Source: Diplonema japonicum | Lineage: Eukaryota > Protista > Euglenozoa: Diplonemea | Reading direction: 5' to 3' | DNA: 64,000 bases | Assembly: GCA_964019335.1 (NCBI GenBank) | Contig: OZ025681.1 | Location: 62,001-126,000, forward strand | Shown: one piece after another, positions 62,470 to 64,000 of the stretch | How the letters are laid out: every line of letters begins with the position of its first letter | How positions within the stretch are numbered: the first letter of the stretch is position 1 | Made by a program: the position numbers and the translations under genes | Notes under the pieces: generated by a model | Databases searched by the model: none | Told to the model about the DNA's origin: nothing | The model's input: the letters and a program-made list of their open reading frames with translations, nothing else

Positions 62470-63440
62470 AACTCAAAGTACAGGACAAGCCCCCCGCTAG
62501 AGGGCCGCCCTATGGGAGGGGGGGGTCTATCTGTTAATACTCCCCTTCTGGAGCATTGCTTTCATTCCGATTGAGGCCGTGAGCGTCTTGCGGAGTCGTG
62601 TGATGCGGTCCCGCTTGTAGTCGGCTTTCAATTCCATTAGCTTGTCGTGCGTGGAGCGGGTGGCGAAAATAGGCCTCCTGGAGAAACCAATAGCTGCCTT
62701 TCCTCCAATGGCGATGAGGGACTTCACTCTTTTTCTCTCGTCCGCTGGGAAGGGGCGTCGCTTCTTCCGTGCCCTGCATGCTGTGTTTATCTTTACGATG
62801 AGAGCTTTGATTCTGCGCGCCCTATCTTCCAGCAGGCCTCCCAAAGACTTTCCGGTCGTCCATTCGAAGTCAATGGCCAGTTCCACCGCCGACACCTCCG
62901 AGGTGGTGTCCTTCTCCACCCAGCGCAGTTGTGACAACCATTGTAGCAGCGGGTTCAGGTACTGGGACAGGACCCCGCTCACTCCTTCGAGCTCGCCAGC
63001 TATCGGAACGGGGCATTTCTTACCTACCACATTTCGAATCCACGGCAGCGGCTGTGTGTTGACATCCTCCTTCTGCATGAGCTCTACGTCTCGTTTCTCA
63101 ACCACCACGGCTAAGTATCGTTGCAGCTTCTCTAGGTACGCAAAGTCATGTCCTCTCGGCAGAATCGCGTGCAATTCCAGACACAGGGGCCATCCTGTCC
63201 TGTTGCGCAGTGGTTCCAAGCCGTCCTGTGCTAGCTCTTCCTGTGCGCAGGCGCACTCGTAGAGTTGGTGGCGGAGTAGGGTTACCGTGTCCGGGTACGG
63301 TGATTCACACAGGTCGCACCTGAACCCTTGTGTGCGTGATACTGTCGTTGTTGGGACTTGGCTTATGCTCTCTTCGACTTCTTCGGTGCCGTCACCTTCT
63401 GGAGCCAGGGGGACGCTTCTTTGATTCGTTCCTGCATGCG
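62470..63440 (-). mobile_element. 5'-truncated non-LTR retrotransposon remnant (family R3): C-terminal CCHC zinc-knuckle region, no RT visible
   Basis: The ORF contains CDLCESPYPDTVTLLRHQLYEC..LEPLR (C-x2-C-x12-H-x4-C), and its C-terminus is similar to the dispersed R1/R2 fragments. It interrupts the upstream region shared by genes A and B. Confidence 0.6.
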
Positions 63441-64000
63441 GGCAAAAAAAAAGAGGGAGAAACATTATAAAAAAAAAAAAAGCGATGACACCTTTGTATG
63501 TTTGTACTTTTTGAAACAAAAACAAAAAAAGATGTCGTTGAAGGGAACCTGCAGTATGTGACAGGATTGCCTAAAAAAAGAAATATTCAAAGCCTGGTTA
63601 TTCTCGGTAAGCTTGTGATTCCCTAGTACCATAGTAACCATTCTTTTTCAATACAGCTAAGCTAGTCATTAATGTTTGCGGGTTCTCTGTGTGCACCCTG
63701 TTCTTTTGCGTCAGCACAGCTAAATATTTAAAATACCCCCCATATGACATGGCGGCGGGACTTCTTCTCCGCCAACATTAGTGACATAGCCGCACATTTC
63801 TCTTTCTAGTTCGAGCAAATTGTCGTATGCCGGCAGAAAAAAAAAGGAGGGGAGAGAAAGCATTGTATTGTTCCCCTGCTTGGACAAGTCACAAGACTCG
63901 TTCTTGCAAAAGATAAACGTGACTATCGTAAGCTCAACAAAGAAAACTGAATCTATTATTTCGTAACTTGAGTAGCAGAGGTGCCCATTTACAACTGTAA

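Overview
This is eukaryotic (protist) DNA, not prokaryotic. GC-rich coding blocks are separated by low-complexity intergenic DNA full of poly-A/T and poly-G/C tracts. All genes are on the minus strand, there are 34-48 nt GTATG...AG introns, and most genes have a polypyrimidine-CAG acceptor just upstream of the ATG. This fits a euglenozoan such as a diplonemid, which is an inference only. The window holds two tandem families of surface receptor-like genes. (1) Eight intronless paralogs of about 1,060-1,125 aa (2.3-48.3 kb). Their architecture is signal peptide, bacterial-type family-1 sugar solute-binding domain (trehalose/maltose-binding-protein-like), TM, short loop, TM, Cache-like domain, TM, HAMP, Ser-rich linker and a catalytically degenerate class III cyclase domain. 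The copies are patchwork mosaics of one another, and relics of deleted copies remain. (2) Two polycystin-1 (PKD1)-like genes of about 2,151 and 2,038 aa (48.5-62.0 kb), split in the ORF track by three micro-introns each. They keep PKD1 TM1-TM5 motifs, lack the PLAT domain and the channel half, and carry an inserted C2 domain plus about 8 extra TM helices. Intergenic DNA contains a foldback/MITE-like element, co-oriented 3' fragments of non-LTR retroelements and several small dispersed repeats. All domain calls come from motif recognition by eye; no database search was run.
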